From Psammoneis japonica (taxonomy: Eukaryota), in contig QPGO01000003.1 in the NCBI GenBank assembly GCA_008632985.1, forward strand, positions 744,001 to 808,000: 64,000 nt of DNA, given 5' to 3'. This document shows, in pieces, positions 51,587 to 63,163 of this stretch. The position numbers were made by a program, and so were the translations under genes. A model generated the notes under the pieces. It was not told where the DNA came from and ran no database searches. It saw nothing but the letters and a program-made list of their open reading frames with translations. Positions within the stretch are counted from its first letter, which is position 1. The number at the start of each line of letters is the position of its first letter.

Positions 51587-54500
51587 CAGGATTTGAACAG
51601 GATTCAGGTGCTCGCGAAATGTCGCGCGCTGTTTAGTTTACCGCGCACAGTTTTGTGTGCTTTGGTTCCACGCGTTCGCGTGCGATGTAGTTTGCTTTCG
51701 AGCCACAAGGCTCACAAGAATGACAACAGCAGCCCGATTGTGCCGACTTGCACGTCTTTCGGCTCCTGCAATGGTCTCTGAGCGGAGACTCATCTGCCAT
51801 TTAGACAGCAGTGAGGAGTTGTTGTTTGAATTCTTGCCATTTGCCTTCAATTTCTGTCAGATTGACAGTCTTGCTCATTGTCAACCCATTGAGCAATCGC
51901 CATCGTCGTCGTTGATTTACCGACGACGCTGTTTCAATTCTGCGTGGACCTCCGCACACATTCTACGTACATCGGCAAGTCTGCGCACATTCAATGCCAG
52001 GCATCGGCAGGAATTTAACGTCACCGTCAAGTCTCCTTGCCGCTGGACATCTGGATTGATTGTGCCACCTTTCATCGCTGAAGACATGCATTCAACGGTT
52101 ACACCCAAGTCCACCCTTGATCCTCATCCCTTGACACACCCATTCAACGGTTAACGGTCAAGAACCCCACATGTTCCAAGATCTTCGTCGCTGAAGACAT
52201 GTGTGCACACAAACCTTCACGGCCAAGAACTTGAACCCACTCTTTGGACTGCAGCTTTGCTGCCACTCTACAAGCACACCGAGTCTATTGTGCCTCATCT
52301 GCCCCGGACTGCTGGTGCTCTGCAGTTCTGCCAGGTCCACCAGGACGACTGTGAGAGCAAGCAGCCGTGATTGCAGCCTGTGTTGTGGCGAGGGTGTTTT
52401 CCCATGTTTGTTCATTCGTCCACAGCGCCTGACGCCTGCGTCAACTGGCCAGCCTGATCGGGAAATCCAACCGACATAAAATGAGAACGGTTCGGGGGTC
52501 TTGTCCACCTCCAGTCAGCTTGCCTGCAGGGGTTTGCAACCCGCTGCTCCGCTCACAAGCAACCCAAAGCGCCGCAAGCTGCGGGTTCGGACGTGCCAGC
52601 ACAACTCTGCCGACCGGACAGGAAGTTTGGCACTTGACAACGAACGGGACATCACAGCCCGGCGACTTCTGATTTTAAGATGGTCCAAGATTTCAAGTCA
52701 AGTCCAGCTCAAGTCAAGTCTTTTTCAAGCCAAGTCACAAGTCAAAACTCCGAGTCAAGACCGCGCTCTAGATTGGTTCCTGTCTTTTGTTTCCACTGCA
52801 CCGTCCTCCATCATGGTTCTCACGCGACAGCAACAAACCGAAAGCTTTGGACACATTCCAGGCACTGTGCTCAATCAAGACGATGACAGCCCTCTTGTTC
52901 TGCCCTGTCCATCAACGGGATTGAATCGTGTGAGGAATTGTTCACATTCTCACCCACCCAAATTGATGCCCTCACTTGCAGAGATGGCGCCAATGCAGTT
53001 CTTTGCCACGGACCTGCAGAAACCTCCTGGCAGCTTTGATCAGCTTCTGCTTTGTCAAAGTTTGCAATGGTGATGATGTGACCAATGAACCCCAGTTGCT
53101 CACACCCGAGGAATTTCGCGACTGCCGCCTTGGCCCGGATTGCTTGACCTCTCTGGCCACTGGCGCAGCACCCTCTGCACCTGTGCCGAGTCCCTTGCCA
53201 TCCAAACCAGGTGAACCCAGTGCCATTTTGACACCAGCCTTGCACCGTGCCGCCACTCAGGTGTCCCCAAGAAGTGGTGTCAGTCGCGCCCCGCATGTCT
53301 TGACCAACCCGCCTGCAAGCAAACTTGGCCCAGTGCAGGATTGCAGCCCTTGCGCAGGCCCGCACTTTGAAACCAGTTGGGACACTCCACCCATGGCTTC
53401 CAAAGCTGCAGCCTTTGCACCCCACAAACCACGTGCTGCCAACCTCCACGTGTCGACTGACACCACTTCTTGGGGACACCTGAGTGGCGGCGCGGTGCAA
53501 GGCTGGTGTCAAAATGGCGCTGGGGCTGATCCAATTGGAGAAACGAGTCTCAAGGTGCAAGCCTTCGGGGATCGGATTGGAGCAAGACATCTTGTGGTGC
53601 AAGACTGCAGATGTCTGATTGGGGCAACCAGTCCCGTGCTGCAAGACTTCTGGAATCCAAAAGGACTTGCCAGTCTTGTGACACGAGTCTTCGGGGATCC
53701 AATCAGGAGGCCCAGTCTCGAGGCATGAGACTTGAGGCAACCAATCAGGAGGTGACAGGATTTGAACAGGATTTGGGTGCACGCGAAATGTCGCGTGCTG
53801 TTTAGTTCACCGCGCACAGTTTTGTGTGCTTCAGTTCCACGCGTTCGCGTGCGATGCAGTTTGCTTTCGAGCCACAAGGCTCACAAGAACAATGACAGCA
53901 GCCCAATCACACCGACTCACACGTCTTTCGGCTCCTGCAACGGTCTCTGAGCGGAGACTCATCTGCCATTTAGACAGCAGCAAGGAGTTGTTGTTTGAAT
54001 TCTTGCCATTTGCCTTCAATTTCTGTCAGATTGACAGTCTTGCTCATTGTCAACCCATTGAGCAATCGCCATCGTCGTCGTTGATTTACCGACAACGCCA
54101 TTTCAATTCTGCTTGGACCTCCGTGTGTGTTCTACGTACATCGGCAAGTCTGCGCGCATTCAATGCCAGGCATCGGCAGGAATTTAACGTCACCGTCAAG
54201 TCTCCTTGCCGCTGGACATCTGGATTGATTGTGCCACCTTTCATCGCTGAAGACATGCATTCAACGGTTGTGTCCAAGTCCATCCTTGATCCTCATCCCT
54301 TGACACACCCATTCAACGGTCAACGGTCAAGAACCCCACATGTTCCAAGATCTTAGGCGCTGCAGACATGCATGTGTGTGTCTTCACGGCCAAGAACTTG
54401 AACCCACTCTTTGGACTGCGGCTTTGCTGCCACTCTACAAGCACACCGAGTCCATTGCACCTGATTCACCAAGGACTGCTGGTGCTCCACAGTTCCACCA

Positions 54501-55632
54501 GGTCCGCGAGGACGACTGTGAAAGCAAGCAGCCGTGATTGCAGCCTGCGTTGGGGCGAGGGTGTTTTCCCGCATTTGTTCGTTCGTTCGTCCTCAGCGCC
54601 CAACGCCTGCGTCAACTGGCCAGCCTGATCGGGACATCCAACCGACATAAAATGAGAATGGTTCGGGGGTCTTGTCCACCTCTAGTCAGCTTGCCTGCAG
54701 GGGTTTACAACCCGCTGCTCCGCTCGCAGGCAACCCAAAGCACCGCCAGCTGCGGGTTTGGATGTGCCGGCACAACTCTACGGACCGGATGGGAAGTTTA
54801 GCACTTGACAACGAATGGGACAACACAACCCGGCAACTTCTGATTTTAAGACAGTTCAAGATTTCAAGTCAAGTCCATCTCAAGTCAAGTCTTTTTCAAG
54901 CCAAGTTGCAAGTTAAAACTCCGAGTCAAGACCGCGCTCTAGATTGGCTCCTGTCTTTTGTTTCTGCTGCACCGTCCTCCGTCATGGTCCTCACGCGACA
55001 GCAACAAACCGAAAGCTTCAAATGCATTCTAGGCACTGTGCTCAATCAAGACGATGACAGCCCTCTTCGTTCTGCCCTGTCCATCAACGGGATTGAATCG
55101 TGTGAGGAATTGTTCACGTTCTTGCCCACCCAAATTGACGCCCTCACTTGCAGAGACGGTGCCAATGTAGTGCCTTTGCCACGGACCCACAGAAACCTCC
55201 TAGCAGCTTTGATCAGCTTCCACTTTGTCAAAGTTTGCAACGGTGATGATGTGACCAATGAACCCCAGTTGCTCACACCCGAGGAATTTCGCAACTGCCA
55301 CCTTGGTCCGGACTGCTTGACCTCTCTAGCCACTGGAGCAGCACCCTCCGCACCTGTGCCGAGTCCCTTGCCATCCAAACCAGGTGAACCCAGTGCCATT
55401 TTGACGCCAGCCTTGCACTGTGCCGCCACTCAGGTGTCCCGTGGAAGTGGTGTCAGTTGCGCCCCGCATGTCTTGACCAACCCGCCTGCAAGCAACCTCG
55501 GCCCAGTGCAGGATTGCAGCCCTTGCGCCGGCCTGCACTTCGAGACCAGTTGGGACACTCAACCCATGGCTTCCAAAGCTGCAGCCTTTGCACCCCGCAA
55601 ACCACGTGCTGCCAACCTCCACGTGTCGACCG
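51587..55632 (+). repeat. Diverged direct duplication (~51587-53456 and ~53755-55632) containing a Copia 5' region and gag start
   Basis: Paired near-identical ORFs (51657/53826 and 52501/54672). A candidate LTR, TGTGA..TCACA, at ~52350-52656 is tentative. Confidence 0.8.
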
Positions 55633-55640
55633 CTGTCACC
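54984..55640 (+). pseudogene. CoDi-type (diatom Ty1/copia) gag N-terminus; second, frameshifted copy starts at 52813
   Basis: MVLTR..ILGTVLNQDDDSPLRSALSINGI..IDALTC..LTPEEFRNC resembles diatom copia gag starts, with Tyr replaced by Cys. Confidence 0.6.
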
Positions 55641-55796
55641 CTTCACAGCCTTCGTTTGGGAAGTGATGGAGATGACAACTTGCTTCTCGCATCTCCTGAT
55701 GGGGAGCCTCCTTTTCCCATCATTGAATCTGTTCACAACAGTTCAACCGGTTCATCAGATGGGGAGTTCAGGACATCCAAGCAGCTTCGTTGTCTT

Positions 55797-57135
55797 TGGA
55801 TCCCCCAAGTCTCGCACCTCGAGACTGGGCCTCCTGATCGGATGCCTCAAGTCTCGCACATCGAGACCAGGCCTTCTGATTGGATGCCTCAAGTCTCGTG
55901 CCTCGAGACCAGGCCTCCTGATTGGATGCCTCAAGTCTCGTGCCTCGAGACTGGGCCTCCTGGTTGGATCCCCCAAGTCTCGTACCTCGAGACTGGGCCT
56001 CCTGATCGGATGCCTCAAGTCTCGTACATCGAGACTGGGCCTCCTGATTGGATGCCTCAAGTCTCGTGCCTCGAGACTGGGCCTCCTGATCGGATGCCTC
56101 AAGTCTCGTACATCAAGACTGGGCCTCCTGATTGGATGCCTCAAGTCTCGTGCCTCGAGACTGGGCCTCCTGGTTGGATCCCCCAAGTCTCGCACCTCGA
56201 GACCAGGCCTCCTGATCGGATGCCTCAAGTCTCGTACATCGAGACTAGGCCTCCTGATTGGATGCCTCAAGTCTGGTGCCTCGAGACCAGGCCTCCTGAT
56301 CGGATGCCTCAAATCTCGTACATCGAGACCAGGCCTCCTGATTGGATGCCTCAAGTCTCGTGCCTTGAGACTGGGCCTCCTGAGATGCCTCAAATCTCGT
56401 ACATCGAGACTGGGCCTCCTGATTGGATGCCTCAAGTCTCGTGCCTCGAGACTGGGCCTCCTGATTGGATGCCTCAAGTCTCGCACCTCGAGACCAGGCC
56501 TCCTGATCGGATGCCTCAAGTGTCGTACATCGAGACTGGGCCTCCTGATTGGATGCCTCAAGTCTCGTGCCTCGAGACCAGGCCTCCTGATCGGATGCCG
56601 TACATCGAGACCAGGCCTCCTGATTGGATGCCTCAAGTCTCATGCCTCGAGACTGGGCCTCCTGATTGGATCCCCCAAGTCTCGCACCTCGAGACCAGGC
56701 CTCCTGATCGGATGCCTCAAGTCTCGTGTGTCGAGATTGGGCCTCCTGATTGGATGCCCCAAGTCTCGTGCCTTGAGACCAGGCCTCCCAACTGGACTCT
56801 CCACGTCTCGTGCCTCGAGACCGGGCCTCCCAATTGGATCCTCCGCGTCTCGTACCTCAAGACTCGGCCTCCGGATTGGATCCCTCAAGTCTTGCGCCAC
56901 GAGATTCGGCCTCCTGATTAGATCCCCCAAGTCTCGCACCTCAAGACTTGGCCTCCTGATTGGATCCCCGAAGACTCGTGTCACAAGACTGGCAAGTCCT
57001 TTTGGATTCCAGAAGTCTTGCAGCACGGGACTGGTTGCCCCAATCAGACATCTGCAGTCTTGCACCACAAGATGTCTTGCTCCAATCTGATCCCCGAAGG
57101 CTTGCACCTTGAGACTCGTTTCTCCAATTGGATCA
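55797..57135 (+). repeat. 42-bp minisatellite array 1 (~28 units plus a degenerate tail)
   Basis: Unit gagactgggcctcctgattggatgcctcaagtctcgtgcctc (ETGPPDWMPQVSCL). Confidence 0.95.
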
Positions 57136-57399
57136 GTCTCTCAGGAGATGCAGCTGAGCTTGCAATCGGATTGGTGGAACACAAGACCACCGCTTGCGCC
57201 TTTGAACTCATGCTTTCTCTGTTCCCCAAGTCGTGCAAATGCCATGCCACCCTGCTCGAGCACTGCTCTGTTTTTCTAGCAGCAGCCCAGTCTGGCAACC
57301 GTTCCAAGAACCAACAGACGGCTGTCAGTCTTTACGACCTTCGCTCAGGAAGTGATGGAGATGACAACTTGCTTGCATTGTCCTGCAATGTTGCCCCGC

Positions 57400-57600
57400 T
57401 GTTCAACATTGTCAGCCAGACCAAGCTTTGCTCCTTCCATTTCAAGTGCGGATGTGGAATCCCACAAGATCCCAAGTGTGCCTTGAGCTTTGAAAAGCAC
57501 AACGGCACCTGCAATTGGGGAGACGCAGCTCATCTCAAGATGACCCACTTGGAGAATGCAACGTTGCTCCAGGATCTTGATCCTTTCTTGTCTCCTCATG
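57400..57600 (+). pseudogene. Copia pol fragment (region preceding RT); duplicated at ~59375-59575
   Basis: FKCGCGIPQDPKCALSFEKHNGTCNWGDAAHLKM..LQDL resembles the copia FKYG..IP...AL..D..NG...W.DA...EM motif, with Tyr replaced by Cys. Confidence 0.6.
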
Positions 57601-58003
57601 TTTTGGTGCTTTGACTCCAAAGTTCTTTAGTCAATCCGAAGTCGAATCTGTTTCTGTGACTCCTCAAGCAAACTGGGGAGTGACAGGATTTGAACAGGAT
57701 TTGGGTGCGCGCGAAATGTCGCGCACTGTTTAGTTTACCGCGCACAGTTTTGTGTGCTTTAATTCCGCGCGTTCGTGCGCGATGTAGTTTGCTTTCGAGC
57801 CACAAGGCTCACAAGAAAAATGACAGTAGCCCGATTGTACCGACTTGCACGTCTTTCGGCTCCTGCAACGGTCTCTGAGCGGAGACTCATCTGCTGTTTA
57901 GACAGCAGCAAGGAGTTGTTGTTTGAATTCTTGCCGTTTGCCTTCAATTTCAACCGGTTCATCAGATGGGGAGTTCAGGACATCCAAGCAGCTTCGTTGT
58001 CTT

Positions 58004-59108
58004 TGGATCCTCCAAGCATGGCACCACGAGACGAGGCCTCCTGATTGGATGCCCCAAGTCTCGCACCTTGCGACCAGGCCTCCTGACTGGATGCCCCAAG
58101 TCTCGTGCCTCGAGACTGGGCCTCCTGGTTGGATGCCCCAAGTCTCGTACCTCGAGACTGGGCCTCCTGACTGGATGCCCCAAGTCTCGTGCCTTGAGAC
58201 CAGGCCTCCTGGTTGGATGCCCCAAGTCTCGTGCCTTGAGACCAGGCCTCCTGACTGGATGCCCCAAGTCTCGTGCCTCGAGACTGGGCCTCCTGATTGG
58301 ATGCCCCAAGTCTCGTACCTCGAGACTGGGCCTCCTGACGTCTCGTACCTCGAGACTGGGCCTCCTGACTGGATGCCTCAAGTCTCGTGCCGCGAGACCA
58401 GGCCTCCTGATTGGATGCCCCAAGTCTCGCACCTCGAGACCAGGCCTCCTGATTTCTCGCACCTCGAGACTGGGCCTCCTGACGTCTCGTACCTCGAGAC
58501 CAGGCCTCCTGACTGGATGCCCCAAGTCTCGCACCTCGAGACCAGGCCTCCTGATTGGATGCCCCAAGTCTCGTACCTCGAGACTGGGCCTCCTGATTGG
58601 ATGCCCCAAGTCTCGTGCCTCGAGACGGGGCCTCCTGATTGGATGCCCCAAGTCTCGTACCTCGAGACGGGGCCTCCTGATTGGATGCCCCAAGTCTCGT
58701 ACCTCGAGACCAGGCCTCCTGACTGGATGCCTCAAGTCTCGTGCCTCGAGACTGGGCCTCCTGGTTGGATGCCTCAAGTCCCGTACATCGAGACTGGGCC
58801 TCCAGATTGGATCCTCCATGTCTCGCACCCCAAGGCTCGGCCTCCGGATTGGGTCCCTCAAGCCTTGTGCCACAAGACTCGGCCTCCTGATTGGATCCCT
58901 CAAGTCTCGCACCTCAAGAATTGGCCTCCTGATTGGATCCCCGAAGACTCGTGTCACAAGACTGGCAAGTCTTTTTGGATTCCAGAAGTCTTGCAGCACG
59001 AGACTGGTTGCCCCAATCAGACATCTGCAGCCTTGCACCACAAGATGTCTTGCTCCAATCCGATCCCCGAAGGCTTGCACCTTGAGACTCGTTTCTCCAA
59101 TTGGATCA
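58004..59108 (+). repeat. 42-bp minisatellite array 2 (~23 units plus a degenerate tail)
   Basis: Same unit as array 1, with several internally deleted units. Confidence 0.95.
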
Positions 59109-61428
59109 GTCTCGCAGGAGATGCAGCTGAGCTTGCAATCGGATTGGTGGAACACAAGACCACCGCTTGTGCCTTTGAACTCATGCTTGCTCTGTTCCCC
59201 GAGTCATGCAAACGCCATGCCACCCTGCATGAGCACTGCTCTGTTTTTCCAGCAGCATCCCAGTGTGGCAACCGTTCCAAGAACCAACAGACGGCCATCA
59301 GTCTTTGCGACCTTTGCTCAGGAAGTGAAGGCGATGTCAACTTGTTTGCATTGTCCTGCAATGTTGCCCCGCCGTTCAACATTTTCAACCAGACCAAGCA
59401 TTGCTCCTTCCATTGCAAGTGCGGATGTGGAATCCCACAAGATCCCAAGTGTGCCTTGAGCTTTGAAAAGCACAACGGCATCTGCAATTGGGGAGACGCA
59501 GCTCATCTCAAGATGACCCACTTGGAGAATGCAACGTTGCTCTCGGATCTTGATCCTTTCTTGTCTCCTCATGTTTTGGTGCTTTGACTCCAAAGTTCTT
59601 TGGTCAATCCAAAGTCGAATCTGTTTCTGTGACTCCTCAAGCAAACTGGGGAGTGACAGGATTTGAGCAGGATTTGGGTGCGCGCGAAATGTCGCGCGCT
59701 GTTCAGTTTGCCGCGCACAGTTTTGTGTGCTTTAGTTCCGCGCGTTCGCGCGCGATGTAGTTTGCTTTCGAGCCACAAGGCTCACAAGAACAACAACAGC
59801 AGCCCGATTGTACTGACTTACACGTCTTTCGGCTCCTGTGATGGTCTCTGAGCGCAGCGGAGACTCATCTGCTGTTTAGACAGCAGTGAGGAGTTGTTGT
59901 TTGAGTTCTTGCCATTTGCCTTCAATTTCTGTCAGCTTTGCTGCACCAAAGGCCTCCAGAAGCTGGTCAAACCCATCAAAGCTTTTGCACTCCACACGCA
60001 TCTTGAGAGCAAGCTTCCAAATTGCCTGGACACCACCACACTTGATGCAGGCCATTGCTGCTGGCGGGTTTCTGGCAGCAATTGTGTCGTCCTCCGTGCC
60101 GCTGATCCACAGCTTTGAAGTGAGCTTTTGTTGGCAAAAACATTTGTTCCAGTTTTTCAAGCTGGGTGACAATCCACTGATGACATTGAGTTTTTGCTTC
60201 ATTGGAGCCAGATGCCAGTCAATGCAAATTTTTGATGGTGAATGGCCACTTGGAGTGCGTCCAGCACATCGGCTTGTGTGCACACCCGAGCTTCTCCCAG
60301 GCTTGGAAAGCATGTGGCAAAGAGTGAGACCAGAGTCAAAATGGAGTTTTTTTGCTGTTTCAGTTTCTTTTTGCCTCATGGAGTTTTCAACAGGCCGATC
60401 TTCCCCGTTCAAAGACTTTGGATGTCTCGCACATTTGCAGAGACTGACCAAACTGTGGCCACTTGCATTCCGGGGCATGCTGCTGCTGGCAGCAGAAGAT
60501 GCTGCACCCCAACTTGTGTTGTTGTTGTTTCATTGTTGTTGAGAATTCTTCGATTTTTATTTCTTCTTGGATTTCCACCCCATGATCAGCACCACTTGGC
60601 ACCTTTCATGGCAACATGAGTGCTCCTCTTGCCTTGCACTGTTCTGGCTGCTGTGGCAATGTTGGCATGTGAACCCAGCAGTCACCAAATGGCAAGAATG
60701 TGTTGCAGCTGGAGGCCCCAGAGCTGTCTGGACAGAACTCCCCAGGAAACTCCTGTGGACACAGCTGGAGTGGAGCACAGCAGCTTTTTTGCTGGTCGCT
60801 CTTGACCAAAGAACTTTTGAATCTTGTGCTCAGCTCACAGCTGATGTCTCTCCTGTGTGTGGCCAATCCTTCTGTTCCCAAAGGCCATGTTGGGGACAAC
60901 CCGCATGCCAGCATTGGGCAAATGTGTGGACTTGGTCAGCTCCACACATGTGCTTGTTTTCCCTGCCTGCGAGCGTGCAGCTTGAGATGACAAGGACATG
61001 TGCGGTGAAGGAGCAAAACACCACACTCGAAAGAAAACCCAACATGTGTCCCCCGCACATTTGGGCAAGCAAAGAGTGAAAATGGAACCACTCTTCATTT
61101 TCATTTCTGCTCTCAAAAGTCTCTTGCGAACGTCAACAACTTGTTCTGCTTGCATCTGTCGTTCAAGAACAACGTTTGTAAAAGTGTCCATAGTGCTATG
61201 ACGTCCACGCATGGCACACAGACGCCCAGCAGACAAAATTTTAAAAAACATCTAAAAACGTCAGAAAACAGGTGAAGAAACAATCGTTTTGGCTTGGAAA
61301 TTTTTGGAAATTGAAAATCCGTTGAAAATCCATTGTCGATGCTCAATGATGTGCATCATCATATCATCATCATCATCATCATCTCTGGCATCTCGCATGT
61401 TATCTCGACCTGTTGCTGTGCAAACATA

Positions 61429-62904
61429 ATGTATAAGTCTTTCGTGTTATTAATCTTTGTGTCGGTGTTGAAACTGCAATGGAAATGGGCGGAATCACTT
61501 ACGCTAAAAATGACAGCGTCGCCTCCTCGTCAGTCTGCTTCAAAGAACAGAAAGCATCGAGCATCTAGTAATACCAACATAGCCAAGGTTGCGGCGCCAT
61601 CTATAGGACAAGCAATTCAAGACGCTACTACCAGTTAAGAACTCTTGGCTGTAGCTAAAACTCTGTGGCTCCCAACGGATGAAAATCTCGCTCCACATTT
61701 CCGCACTCAGCGCATACACCACGAGAAGCGCCAGCGATGGAGTTCACAGCTACTGCACAAGCTAGGATGTAGTAGTACCTGTGGCATTGTGGACTGGGAG
61801 AACAACGATGCACTTGCACGAGCCGTCTTGGCTGCCGCTATCCCGTTTGATGACAAAGATTTACCCGGAAGAGAAGGACGTCATCTCCGAGATGCGCTCT
61901 GGGGATTGCACGCTGCGGCTGGAAAGAGTCATCTGACAGGAGAACAAGAGGTGCATATCGACATTTGCACAGGTATTGCGACAATGATTAGGCGAATAGA
62001 AGGAATGGCAAATGGTGTGTCCTTGCCAGAAGCCGTCGAAATGAGATGGGCTGCACGCGGACTACTATGCAGAATCGGAGCGAACCGGATACTGGGCAAA
62101 ACTGCCTCTGACGCAGACGTTGACGCACAAGAAATACTTGAACTAGCTATTCCTAATCTTGAGCGACGCACAAGTGCTCTTCCTTTTGATATTGTTCCAC
62201 TCGGTGTGGATTGGTCGAATCTGGTACAGGACAAGGAAGAAATCACAACGACTCTGCGAGACGCCATTCCATTTCAATTTGACACCATTGTGACGCGGTC
62301 GGGTTCGTCCGTGACGGAACGTAGAGGAACCGCATGGGTAACAGAAGACGGTATTGGGGCGCTGGCGTACAGTGGCAAGCTCATGCCTCCTCGTCCGATA
62401 CCTAATGTCGTTCGAGACACTATGCGATTGGTGGAAGAGCACACGTTTTCAAGCGACCTCGACGTCGGTCCATACTTTGACTGCGCACTCTGCAATCATT
62501 ATCCACATGGCGAAGCAGCCTGCAAATTTCATACAGATCCAGAGCATGGTCTTGTTTGGGAGCGCCTAACATGTGTCGTGGCTGCCGGCGACGAACGCCG
62601 GTTTGCCTTTCGTCCGATCCCCGGTACGTCTAGTTGGAGCAAATGGGACAGCCTGAGCGACAAGAATACAGAGGAGACAAGGCCTGCAGTGATTCATTTG
62701 TTTCCAGGAGACATTGTCAAAATGTGGGGTGTGTGCAATGATTGTTTTCATCATGCGGTTTATACAGCAGAACACGAGACTGGCAAAGGTGACGGGCGCG
62801 TAAGCTTGGTCCTCAAACGAGCCATTTCCCGTGGAGGAGGGAAACGAGGCCACGGGCTTGAGGGAAGAGGCAGACGGGCTCGAAGGCGATGTCACGCACG
62901 ATAA
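61429..62904 (+). CDS. AlkB-like 2OG-Fe(II) dioxygenase with a predicted signal peptide; one in-frame TAA at 61636-61638
   Basis: RRGTAW..LAYSGK..FDCALCNHY..FHTDPE (HxD)..FHHAV..RVSLVLKR. ORFs 61333 and 61645 are in the same frame. Confidence 0.8.
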
Positions 62905-63163
62905 TCACAAGGTTGGGAGGTGAATAACACAGAAGATCTTTCGCGTCATTGCCTCACAACGAACTCCAAGAAATGATTTAGTGATGCTGCCAGTCTTGAT
63001 AGCTTCTAATGACATCTCTGGATGATCCAATGCTCCCAGTACGAGGCGTTATATCAACTTTGTTTCTATTCACGAAGTTACAGACAGTGACAAGCTACCG
63101 TACTACAACACAGAGCTTGCGATCGCATTGTGCATCCTTTTGGTCCTCGCTTTTGCTATGCCG

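Larger units (their letters stand above)
38800..61340. mobile_element. ~22-kb nested cluster of degenerate transposable elements
   Basis: No intact host gene. Pervasive CpG/TpA depletion. Internal repeats: 44950-45220 vs 45460-45730; 47750-48010 vs 61060-61335; a ~270-bp block at ~51587, 53755, 57682 and 59655. Copia gag/pol remnants are present. Confidence 0.8.

Noticed and set aside
38800..52000. Dozens of Cys/His/Trp/Gln-rich ORFs in all six frames
   Set aside because: Loss of TA removes TAA/TAG stops and Tyr codons, inflating spurious ORFs. No coherent domains are present.
55797..59108. Repeat arrays as a CRISPR array or a genuine repeat-protein gene
   Set aside because: Units are head-to-tail with no unique spacers and no cas genes, in a eukaryotic context. 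The long ORFs arise because the unit lacks stops and sits within a decayed retroelement.
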